Assembly (NCBI GenBank): GCA_964247135.1
Contig: CAXTTL010000002.1
Coordinates: 7,693-71,692, forward strand
Source of the DNA: an uncultured Deinococcales bacterium
GTDB lineage: Bacteria > Deinococcota > Deinococci > Deinococcales > JAAFIG01
Direction: 5' to 3'
Length of the DNA: 64,000 bases
Each line of letters begins with the position of its first letter. Within the stretch, counting starts at the first letter, position 1. The translations under genes and the position numbers were made by a program. The notes under the pieces are model-generated. The model ran no database searches, was not told the origin of the DNA, and was given only the letters and a program-made list of their open reading frames with translations. Of the stretch, positions 7,895 to 15,571 are shown piece by piece.

Positions 7895-10375
7895 ATGAAA
7901 CACAAAGTCCTGGCAATATTTACCGTCCTGACCCTCGCCATCGCCGCGCTCGGTGTGGCACTGGCGGGAACACTGACGCTGGTCATCAACGGCACAAGCA
8001 TCAGCATTGATGGTTTCGTTGAGCAGAACACGGCTTGGGTTTCGTTGCTGCCCTTTATGCAGGCACTCGGTGAGGGAACGCGTCCGGTCAAAATCGACCT
8101 GCCCTCGAGCACGATGGTCCTGACCAAAGGCGACGGTTCAAAACAAGTTTCTGTGCCGATTCAAACCAAGAACCGCAGCGTTTACGTCGATGCCGTCGCC
8201 GCTGCTCGAGGTTTGGGTTACAGCGTCAGTTTGGATGCCAGCACCTTAACCATCAACTCGAGCACCGCCAGTACACCCAGCAATACGCCAACCGCGCAGG
8301 TGGCAATGTATCCCAAAAACATGGACGCCGCGCTGATCGACGATGCGGTCAGGTCGCTCTACAACGCGCTCGATTCTGGCAATGCCGATGCCGCGCTCGA
8401 GGCGGTGCTGAACGGTTCGGGGATCACGGTTTTTGGTTCGCAAGAGCACCCTGCCGACACGGATTTGCTGAATGTCTACGAATTGATGCACCGTTCGTTT
8501 GCCTTGTCGCTCGAGATTTTTACCTTGCAGATGGGTTACAAGTACCGTTTTTTCACCAAGCTCGATGACCTTCTGGCAGGACTCAAAGAACGCAAGATTG
8601 CCACTTTGGATCGGGCGCGGTTGCAAAGCGGAATTGACAATGCCTTCGCGCTCGAGAAACCCAGCCGTTCGCAAGTTATAACCGCGCTGGTTGCCGCGAT
8701 GGGACGCGAACGGGTGCGGCGCGGCATCAGTTTGTCGTTCAAACGCGACCCGTTCTGGGGCGATGATGCGCTCGACCCGATTCAATTGCGTTTGCTCGAC
8801 ACGGTGTTGACCAATGGTTTTGCGCTCGGCGCACCAGGCATAAACACGCTGCTGGCAACTCGAGCCTTCACCAACCAAGTTCGGTCAACACGCCCTAAAA
8901 ATGCCGCCTTGGAATCCAGGCGAAGCTCGAGCCAATTGATTTCCAAAGCCGATATTTCAGTTCCCGAACCAATTCAAAAACTCTTCAACTGGGCAGCCGA
9001 AAAAGCCGTGGACACGATTGCCACCGAAACCTACCCTGGCGTCAAAGACACGATGGATCACGAAATTGCCGACCTGGCGGGTGTGCCACTGCCGACCCCG
9101 TTTGACAAGAACATGTACAAAGCGCTGCTCGAGGGCGACATCGGTAAAGTCAAAACCAGTTTCGGCAACCTTCGCGCCGGACTGATTAAAGAGGCGCTCA
9201 AAGAAGGCGCACAAGTGATTCTCTGCGGGTCAATGATTTTGTACGGTTATCAAGCCAGCCTCGAGTTTGAGCACAGTGAAGTTCACCACCGCACGGACGG
9301 CGACGCTGAAGGTCCGTACTCGAGCAAGATCAAACTGAAGGTCGAATTTACGGATGACTATCACAAGAATGTGTTTGACAAAAAAGTTTTTACCGTGGCG
9401 GGCATTTCGGTCACGCCGCCACCCGTCGAGAACGGCGCGTTGTTCACCAAACTCGGCTGTGACTTTCCCAAGGTTGGCGCGGCAAAAGACAAACCCGTGC
9501 AGTGGGAATTGACCTCGGAACTTATTCCGCACACCGAAACAGGGCAATTGATCGTCTTTCCAAACAGCCTCAAAACCAATGCTGCCGGCGAATCCGAAGC
9601 GCGGTTTGAAGCCATCAAAGAAAACGTCCCCAAAGCCTTTCGTCTGGGCAAATACACCGCATCCGTGAACGGCGGCATCACGGTCACGATTCAGAATTTG
9701 CTGCCCACCAACTGGTGGCGCATTCAGGCGGCGGCACAAGTTGGGCAAACCGAAGACAAAGCTGGCACCAATTTTAAACGCCTGATCGTGCATTATTTTG
9801 AATTCCCAAAACTCAAACTCGAGTTTGACTCGAACTTGCACATTGTCGGACAAAGCGAATACGGCTTGATGCACTACAATGCCGAACTCGTCTCGAGCGT
9901 GCCGCTGGCGGTCAAACCCGAAGGTGATGATTTGCAAAAGAAATTTATTGTCTACCAAGGTTCAAACAGCCTGCATTATGAGCAGTACCACCTTGATACC
10001 GCCACAGGTTGTCGCATCAACAATGTGCAAAGTGGAATGCTGGACGTGCTGGTTGGAGCGCGAAGCTTTGAATCCGATGAAGTGAGCGTCGGTCTAAACG
10101 ACCTGCTCAAACGACCATCCGAAACCGTGGCTTGCCCAGAAGGTGCTCGAGGTGGGAATATTTGGAGCGGCGGATTTTTAACGCTTCACAACGATGTTTT
10201 GGGGAAATTTCAATTGCCGAATGTGGACTCGCCCGTGCCAAATTATATTTTTCGCAGTCCCAAAGAAGCCGTTGCCACGCAAGTGCTCTGGCAAAAAACG
10301 GTGCAACGCGATTACACCCAACCCAACATTGCCATCAACGAAAACACCAGCATTAAATTGCAAGTTCAACCTTAA
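7895..10375 (+). CDS. Large secreted hypothetical protein (826 aa) with an N-terminal stalk-like domain
   Basis: GAGGAG SD. Signal peptide MKHKVLAIFTVLTLAIAALGVALA. The first ~120 aa are paralogous to the N-terminus of the preceding gene product (..VDAVAAARGLGYSVSLDASTLTINSS versus ..AVEVAKGLGLNASVSSNTVTVTN). I do not recognise the rest. Confidence 0.8.
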   Translation: MKHKVLAIFTVLTLAIAALGVALAGTLTLVINGTSISIDGFVEQNTAWVSLLPFMQALGEGTRPVKIDLPSSTMVLTKGDGSKQVSVPIQTKNRSVYVDAVAAARGLGYSVSLDASTLTINSSTASTPSNTPTAQVAMYPKNMDAALIDDAVRSLYNALDSGNADAALEAVLNGSGITVFGSQEHPADTDLLNVYELMHRSFALSLEIFTLQMGYKYRFFTKLDDLLAGLKERKIATLDRARLQSGIDNAFALEKPSRSQVITALVAAMGRERVRRGISLSFKRDPFWGDDALDPIQLRLLDTVLTNGFALGAPGINTLLATRAFTNQVRSTRPKNAALESRRSSSQLISKADISVPEPIQKLFNWAAEKAVDTIATETYPGVKDTMDHEIADLAGVPLPTPFDKNMYKALLEGDIGKVKTSFGNLRAGLIKEALKEGAQVILCGSMILYGYQASLEFEHSEVHHRTDGDAEGPYSSKIKLKVEFTDDYHKNVFDKKVFTVAGISVTPPPVENGALFTKLGCDFPKVGAAKDKPVQWELTSELIPHTETGQLIVFPNSLKTNAAGESEARFEAIKENVPKAFRLGKYTASVNGGITVTIQNLLPTNWWRIQAAAQVGQTEDKAGTNFKRLIVHYFEFPKLKLEFDSNLHIVGQSEYGLMHYNAELVSSVPLAVKPEGDDLQKKFIVYQGSNSLHYEQYHLDTATGCRINNVQSGMLDVLVGARSFESDEVSVGLNDLLKRPSETVACPEGARGGNIWSGGFLTLHNDVLGKFQLPNVDSPVPNYIFRSPKEAVATQVLWQKTVQRDYTQPNIAINENTSIKLQVQP

Positions 10376-10381
10376 AAACTT

Positions 10382-10424
10382 ACTCGAGCGTTCAGCTTGA
10401 TTTGTGCGCTCGAGTTGGGTTTTC
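10382..10424 (+). terminator. Hairpin with CTCGAG-containing arms downstream of the 826-aa gene
   Basis: ACTCGAGCG (10382-10390) and CGCTCGAGT (10407-10415) form a perfect 9-bp inverted repeat with a 16-nt loop, followed by TGGGTTTTC. A second CTCGAG-gttg-CTCGAG hairpin plus a T-run follows about 40 nt later. Confidence 0.45.
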
Positions 10425-10671
10425 AAATTCAGTTCAGGGGTTTCAAACTCGAGGTTGCTCGAGACGGGTTTTTACTGCCCAAATTTGCTTGCCCACTCGA
10501 GTCCCTGACATTTTATCTTCTGGCGATTGGCGACTAACGCTCCAATAACGCCTGCTGTGGATACTGGTTTTAAGACAGACTGCATTTTGCAAACCCATCG
10601 CTGATTGGTCAATCTTCATCTGCCCTGTTCACCCACCCGAGAGACACTCGGGATGGACTTGGAGGTCTTGT

Positions 10672-11964
10672 ATGAAAAAGTTTGGATTGTTGGTCATTGG
10701 TTTGGCGTTTTCCTCGTTTCTGGTGGCTTGCCCTGGCGGTGGCACAACGCCGCCGCCACTGGTTGCCAACGGTTCGCTCGTTTCAGGCATCATTTCCAAC
10801 TGGATTCCAGGCAAGGCAGGCACGTTGTACGCTCGAGTTTTCAACTTCTCGAGCAACCCAAGCACCAGTGCGGGTGTGCCGATTGCGGCAGATGGCTCGT
10901 TCAGCAATTTGGTTTTGCCCACGCCCACCACAGCCGAACTTGGCAATAGCTCGAGTGGTTTGGGCGATTGCAGCGGAGGCACGGTCAGCGTGACCCCCAG
11001 CGATGGCAAAGCCGTTCTGGCTATTTTGACCAGCAACCTCAATTCGTCCTTGAGTGGTGCTGTCTATCAGGCGAATAAGTCCCAAGCCTCAGCTTTGTTT
11101 GTTGATCCTGGCAGCAACAGCACCTTGCGTATTTACGTCAGCAAAGACACGACCATCAACGGCACTTGCACCACCACCACAGGCACACCAAAGTACACGT
11201 ACACCTACAACAATGTCAGTCTGGCGCAAGGTTGGAATATTTTAAATGTCAGCGTCGCACCGCACGCTGTCAATTCCACAGACCCGATCCTCGAGACGTT
11301 CACCTCTGGGGCTGCCGCCAGCGACGTGAAGTTCTATCAAATCTTGCCTGAAACCACCAACATCACACAATCCCGCAGCGATTCTGCCAAGAAATTATTC
11401 CTAACCTGGGATGCCGTGCCAGATGCCACAGCATACAGCGTGGAAGTGAAATCGAACACGGCGGATTTGGGCAATGGCGTGGGCAATTACGGCAATCCGA
11501 TCTCGGTTACGGGTACATCAACCCTCGTTCCTGCCACCCCGAAAACAGATTATGTCGTGCGTGTCAAAACCAAGTTTGGTACGGTCATCAGCAACGGCGC
11601 AGAAAGCTTTGGGATCAGCAGCAGTACCCTCAACCCCAATGGGCTGAACATCCTCTTCCCAACCCAAGGCATTCCCCACGAAGAAACCATTGCCGCAGGG
11701 GCGAGCAAAGCCGTTAACCTCGAGTTTGAACGCGGTGCAAGCTGCACGCAAGCCCTGAGCTTAAGCGTTTCAGGAATTTCGGTGGGTGCTGCCTCGAGCA
11801 GCACGATCTCGGGGGTTTTTACCCCGAATAACAGCACGGGCAGCACCAGCAGCTTGGCGTTGACTGTTGGCTCGAGCGTTCCTGCTGGTTCGTACACGGT
11901 TGATTTGAACGCCGATGGTTGTCCAACCAGCGTTGGTGTGTCCATGACTGTGACTGTTCTGTAA
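10672..11964 (+). CDS. Lipoprotein with fibronectin-III-like module, function unknown
   Basis: GGAGG SD. Lipobox LVIGLAFSSFLVAC. An FN3-like segment (LFLTWDAVPDATAYSVEVKS...YVVRVKTKFG). Ser/Thr/Gly-rich. Confidence 0.8.
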   Translation: MKKFGLLVIGLAFSSFLVACPGGGTTPPPLVANGSLVSGIISNWIPGKAGTLYARVFNFSSNPSTSAGVPIAADGSFSNLVLPTPTTAELGNSSSGLGDCSGGTVSVTPSDGKAVLAILTSNLNSSLSGAVYQANKSQASALFVDPGSNSTLRIYVSKDTTINGTCTTTTGTPKYTYTYNNVSLAQGWNILNVSVAPHAVNSTDPILETFTSGAAASDVKFYQILPETTNITQSRSDSAKKLFLTWDAVPDATAYSVEVKSNTADLGNGVGNYGNPISVTGTSTLVPATPKTDYVVRVKTKFGTVISNGAESFGISSSTLNPNGLNILFPTQGIPHEETIAAGASKAVNLEFERGASCTQALSLSVSGISVGAASSSTISGVFTPNNSTGSTSSLALTVGSSVPAGSYTVDLNADGCPTSVGVSMTVTVL

Positions 11965-11975
11965 ACAAAGTTCGG

Positions 11976-12014
11976 CAAAAAAGCATCCTCAAGATTCTCG
12001 AGAGGGTGCTTTTT
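11976..12014 (+). terminator. Rho-independent terminator (A-tract / stem / T-tract, potentially bidirectional)
   Basis: AAAAA-GCATCCTC (11983-11990), loop, GAGGGTGC (12002-12009), TTTTT (12010-14). The 8-bp stem has one G:U pair. Confidence 0.7.
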
Positions 12015-12047
12015 CAATTTCCTGACCGTTTCATTGTGCGCTCGCAG

Positions 12048-12053
12048 TAAACT
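12048..12053 (+). promoter_or_regulatory. Putative -10 box (TAAACT) placed for a leaderless mRNA
   Basis: TAAACT is followed by a 6-nt spacer (CGAGTC) and the ATG at 12060. No SD. The same TAAACT-N6/7-start design is seen at 19999, 19077 and 55477. Confidence 0.45.
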
Positions 12054-12059
12054 CGAGTC

Positions 12060-12809
12060 ATGAAATCTGTGATGCTTCTTGGACACCGTGGCAGCCCGAA
12101 CGTCGCTCGAGAGAACACGCTGGCATCGTTTCAGGCGGCGATGGATGCCGGACTTGATGGCGTGGAATTGGATGTGCAACGCACCTTGGACGGCGTGTTG
12201 GTTGTCCATCACGACTTTCACTTGCCCGATGGTCGCTTGATTGCCGCCCTGAATGCCAGTGAGGTCGAAGCCGCAATTCTGCCCATGAACGGACGCACCC
12301 CGAAGCTCGAGCATGTGCTGGAATGGGCAAAAAGTGCCAACGCGTTTGTCAATGTCGAAATCAAATCAAATGGTTTACAAACCGACAACCGCGAACTCGA
12401 GACGGTGAAGTGCATTGCCGCCACCGGAATGCGCAGCAACGTGATCGTCTCGAGTTTTAACCCCGCCAGCTTGGCGCGGGTGCGCTTTGCCGATTCTGGA
12501 CTCGAGACTGGATTGCTTTTTGAGAACCGCACCGAACCCAAGTGGTTGCTCGAGAATGGTTGGAGCGCCGTGCTGCTGGGCGTGAAAGCCTTGCATCCGT
12601 ACCATGCCGACGTGACCCCAGAATTGATGCAACGCGCCAAAAAACGCGGTTGGACGGTCAACACCTGGACGGTCAACGACCTCGAGATTGCGCAAGACAT
12701 GATCGCGCTGGGCGTGAATGCCCTGATTGGGAATTTTCCAGAAGTCTTGCTGACTGCCGCAGGAAGGGCGGTTAAAACGCACAACTCGAGTCAGCACAAT
12801 CCGTCATAA
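12060..12809 (+). CDS. Glycerophosphodiester phosphodiesterase (GDPD family)
   Basis: 249 aa. LLGHRGSPNVARENTLASFQAAMDAGLDGVELDVQRTLDGVLVVHHD, the GDPD catalytic signature. Confidence 0.85.
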   Translation: MKSVMLLGHRGSPNVARENTLASFQAAMDAGLDGVELDVQRTLDGVLVVHHDFHLPDGRLIAALNASEVEAAILPMNGRTPKLEHVLEWAKSANAFVNVEIKSNGLQTDNRELETVKCIAATGMRSNVIVSSFNPASLARVRFADSGLETGLLFENRTEPKWLLENGWSAVLLGVKALHPYHADVTPELMQRAKKRGWTVNTWTVNDLEIAQDMIALGVNALIGNFPEVLLTAAGRAVKTHNSSQHNPS

Positions 12810-12817
12810 TTAAATCC

Positions 12818-13003
12818 ATGACCGAGTTTAAATTGATCACTTCACCCGATAGCGATATTTTTGAAGAACGCCTGAACCGTTTTGTTCACGATCTGGGACC
12901 GGATGTGGTCTTGGGGCATATCAATTTCTCGACCACGGTTTTAGCCAATGGAACTGTCGTGTACAGTGCTTTAATCGCGTATCGCAAGCCAGAAGCCTGG
13001 TGA
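12818..13003 (+). CDS. Small Cse60/YteV-like protein (61 aa)
   Basis: CATAAT -10-like box 7 nt upstream. MTEFKLITSPDSDIFEERLNRFVHDL...VVYSALIAYRK resembles my recollection of the Bacillus Cse60 pattern (..FDE.HEKDLEDA.N.FL...FSAMILYRK). The family call is from memory only. Confidence 0.5.
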   Translation: MTEFKLITSPDSDIFEERLNRFVHDLGPDVVLGHINFSTTVLANGTVVYSALIAYRKPEAW

Positions 13004-13013
13004 TGCCGAGGAT

Positions 13014-13793
13014 TCAGGCTTGCGGTATTTTCTCGAGCAAGTATCCTGCGCCATTCTCGAGCGTAAATTCTGCGATGCGGTAGCCTTGGGTAAAATAGTG
13101 TTGCAAGATTTTGCGCCCGTGCAAACGCCACGCCAGCGCCAAATCTGGGTCCTCTCTCAACAACCTCGAGTAATCTCCTGGCAGCCGCATTTTCAGGTAC
13201 GGGGCTTCGAGCTTGAGGTTGATCTCGAGTGGTTGTGCGCCGCCCATTGTATTGATTTCTAAGGCGCTCGGAAGGTTGATTGCCTCTCCCAAGTGCCGCG
13301 CCATCACCCGAGCGTCATTTAAGACCCACTGTGCCATCACACGGTCCGACGGTGCGCCAGCGTTGATGCCAGTTAAGGCTCCATAGTAATCCTCGAGGTA
13401 GCTGCTGGCGGTTGCGCCAAGTTTGGCGATGTTGAGTTTGGCGTTCGGAACCCGCAGTGGATCAAACGTCCAACGCACCGTGTGAATGTTTTTTGCCAAA
13501 CACCAATCGCGCTGAAACCATTTGAGTCTCGCGCCCAAACCTGCCGCCCGATGCTCGAGTTTGACGCCCAAACTGTGCGAGTGTTGGACACCTGGATTGG
13601 TGGTTGGGAATCCAAACACGAACGCAACCAAAATGTTGTCCGGCGTGAAGGCGCCCGCCAGCAGGGCGCCCTCGTCCCGCATGGCTCGGTAGAGTTCTGT
13701 TGGCACATGGTCTGAATTCCAGATTTCTCGCTCGAGCGCCGCGAGTTCTCGCATTTCAGCGTTGCCAGTGATTTCACGCAAGTCGTAATTCAT
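13014..13793 (-). CDS. GNAT-superfamily-like acyltransferase (259 aa)
   Basis: A motif-A-like segment, [22 protein letters not shown]. Its start overlaps the stop of the upstream enolase-superfamily gene by 4 nt (ATGA), implying an operon. Confidence 0.6.
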   Translation of the reverse strand: MNYDLREITGNAEMRELAALEREIWNSDHVPTELYRAMRDEGALLAGAFTPDNILVAFVFGFPTTNPGVQHSHSLGVKLEHRAAGLGARLKWFQRDWCLAKNIHTVRWTFDPLRVPNAKLNIAKLGATASSYLEDYYGALTGINAGAPSDRVMAQWVLNDARVMARHLGEAINLPSALEINTMGGAQPLEINLKLEAPYLKMRLPGDYSRLLREDPDLALAWRLHGRKILQHYFTQGYRIAEFTLENGAGYLLEKIPQA

Positions 13794-14896
13794 GTGCCAA
13801 AGACCTGTTTTTGTTGCGTCACCTGCTCGAGAAATCTTTCGTTCAAACTCACGCCAATGCCCGCCCCAGCCGGAATCGGCATCAGACCGTTTGTCACCTC
13901 GAGGGCTTCATTGATGATGTCGGTCTCAAAATAGCGGCTGGCGGAACTGGTGTCGCCTGGTTTGGTAAAATTCGCCAAGGCACTCAGGTGAATGTTGTGC
14001 GAGCGTCCAATTCCAGACTCGAGCATCCCGCCGCACCAAACGGGCGCATTAAAAGCCGCCGCGACATCGTGCACGCGCCTCGCCTCGAGGTGTCCGCCGA
14101 CCCGTCCAACTTTAATGTTGATCACGCGGCACGCCTTGCTTTCAAGCGCCCGCCGCGCATCCTGGGCGCTCGAGATGCTTTCATCGAGGCACAGCGGCGT
14201 GACAATCATGGTTTGCAATTTGGCATGGTCGTGAAAGTCGTTCCAAGCCAGCGGTTGTTCGATGTAGTCAAGCTTGATCTCATCCAGCTCTTGAAAAACT
14301 CGAGCATCGGATAGCGAGTAGGCGCTGTTGGCGTCCACGGTCAAGTTGATGTTCGGAAATGCCGTCCTCACCGCACCGACGGGTCGGACATCCCAGCCTG
14401 GTTTGATCTTGAGTTTCACACGCTTGTAACCTTGCGCTACATGATCTGCCACCAACTCGAGGGTGGCTGGAATGTCTTTTTGAATGCCGATGCTGACCCC
14501 GACCGGAATCGCAGCCTGCACTCCACCCAGCAGACAATGCAAGGGTTGCCCCAAGTGCCGCGCCCACAAATCCCAGAACGCCATTTCGATGACTGCTTTC
14601 GCCATGTAATTTCCACGGTACGGCTCGAGATCACGCGCCAAAGCTTCGGGGTTGGCAAATTCGCGCCCGATGAGTCTGGGCAAAAATTCTTGTAAAAACA
14701 CCATTGCAGTTTGCACGGTTTCTTCCCTAAAAAGCGGCAATCTATCGTCCATCACGCCCTCGCTCAGACCCTCCACGCCACCTGAGCACAGGCGCAACAA
14801 TGGAAAAACCCGTTCGGTTTCGACGCCCATCGACGTTTCAAACCTAAATTTTAGGGGCAGCCTGACCACGCGCAATTCGGCTCGCTCGAGTTTCAT
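13790..14896 (-). CDS. Enolase-superfamily o-succinylbenzoate synthase / N-acyl(succinyl)amino acid racemase
   Basis: The track ORF runs to 15067 but overlaps the Nudix gene. The ATG at 14896 gives the typical N-terminus [51 protein letters not shown] and [11 protein letters not shown] are the MR/MLE-type metal and base motifs. Confidence 0.85.
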   Translation of the reverse strand: MKLERAELRVVRLPLKFRFETSMGVETERVFPLLRLCSGGVEGLSEGVMDDRLPLFREETVQTAMVFLQEFLPRLIGREFANPEALARDLEPYRGNYMAKAVIEMAFWDLWARHLGQPLHCLLGGVQAAIPVGVSIGIQKDIPATLELVADHVAQGYKRVKLKIKPGWDVRPVGAVRTAFPNINLTVDANSAYSLSDARVFQELDEIKLDYIEQPLAWNDFHDHAKLQTMIVTPLCLDESISSAQDARRALESKACRVINIKVGRVGGHLEARRVHDVAAAFNAPVWCGGMLESGIGRSHNIHLSALANFTKPGDTSSASRYFETDIINEALEVTNGLMPIPAGAGIGVSLNERFLEQVTQQKQVFGT

Positions 14897-14964
14897 TGAA
14901 TGTCTTTCATAAAACGCCTGTGCATCCGTTCTCCTGAACCCCTGTGGATAAGCTGTGGATAAAA

Positions 14965-15450
14965 TTACGCCATGCCTAGCGCATAATACGCGGCGGCAAT
15001 CCCTGGCGATGACGTCCGAAGACTTCCCTCGAGCGCCCCAGCGATCAAGTCTTTGGGCGCAATCCACTCGAGTGTGATGTGCTCGTCTTCGTCGGGCGTG
15101 CCAAATGCCTCATGCAGGTTTGTGGCATGGACCAAATGCAGCAACTCGTCGGTAAATCCTGGCGAGCTGTAAAAACGGGTCAAGATTTTTAAATCCCCGC
15201 CCAAACTGCATTCTTCCGCAAACTCTCGAGCCGCAGCCGTTAAAACGTCCTCGCCCTCTTCGATCAAACCCGCCGGAATCTCGAGCGTGAAAGCTTCAAT
15301 TGCGGGTCGGTATTGTTTGACCATCAGCATTTTACCGTCCTGGACGGCGAGGATTGCCACAGCGGCTTTGTGCCGAATGATCTCCCATTTGGCGTCCTCA
15401 ATCTCGAGTTTGACCACACGACCCTCAAAAATGGTTTTTCGGTTTGCCAT
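14965..15450 (-). CDS. Nudix hydrolase, ADP-ribose pyrophosphatase type
   Basis: Start chosen at the ATG at 15450 ([16 protein letters not shown]...). The Nudix box is [26 protein letters not shown]. Confidence 0.85.
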   Translation of the reverse strand: MANRKTIFEGRVVKLEIEDAKWEIIRHKAAVAILAVQDGKMLMVKQYRPAIEAFTLEIPAGLIEEGEDVLTAAAREFAEECSLGGDLKILTRFYSSPGFTDELLHLVHATNLHEAFGTPDEDEHITLEWIAPKDLIAGALEGSLRTSSPGIAAAYYALGMA

Positions 15451-15456
15451 GCTTCG

Positions 15457-15462
15457 AGCATA
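15457..15462 (-). promoter_or_regulatory. Putative -10 box (TATGCT) placed for a leaderless Nudix mRNA
   Basis: The minus strand reads GGGTATGCT-CGAAGC-ATG, a 6-nt spacer with no SD. Confidence 0.4.
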
Positions 15463-15517
15463 CCCGTGATTGGTATTTGATGTGCAGTTTGGAGTGCGCA
15501 TAAGCTGATTTAAGTCA

Positions 15518-15551
15518 AAAGCTCGAGAAACCTTGTGGCTTCTCGAGCTTT
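15518..15551 (-). terminator. Rho-independent terminator with CTCGAG in both arms
   Basis: AAAGCTCGAGAA (15518-29), 10-nt loop, TTCTCGAGCTTT (15540-51). A perfect 12-bp stem immediately 3' of the big lipoprotein gene (stop at 15572), with a T-rich trailing sequence on the minus strand. Confidence 0.7.
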
Positions 15552-15571
15552 GAAGAAGTTGACAATGAACT

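Noticed and set aside
14897-15067. N-terminal extensions offered by the ORF track: 13790-15067, 14965-15501, 20192-, 26017-27579, 51486-53894, 6543-, 50702- and 58215-
   Set aside because: The extensions overlap neighbouring genes or the T-box leader. They lack SD or -10 signals and add non-homologous residues. Internal starts with an SD or a -10 box give canonical N-termini.
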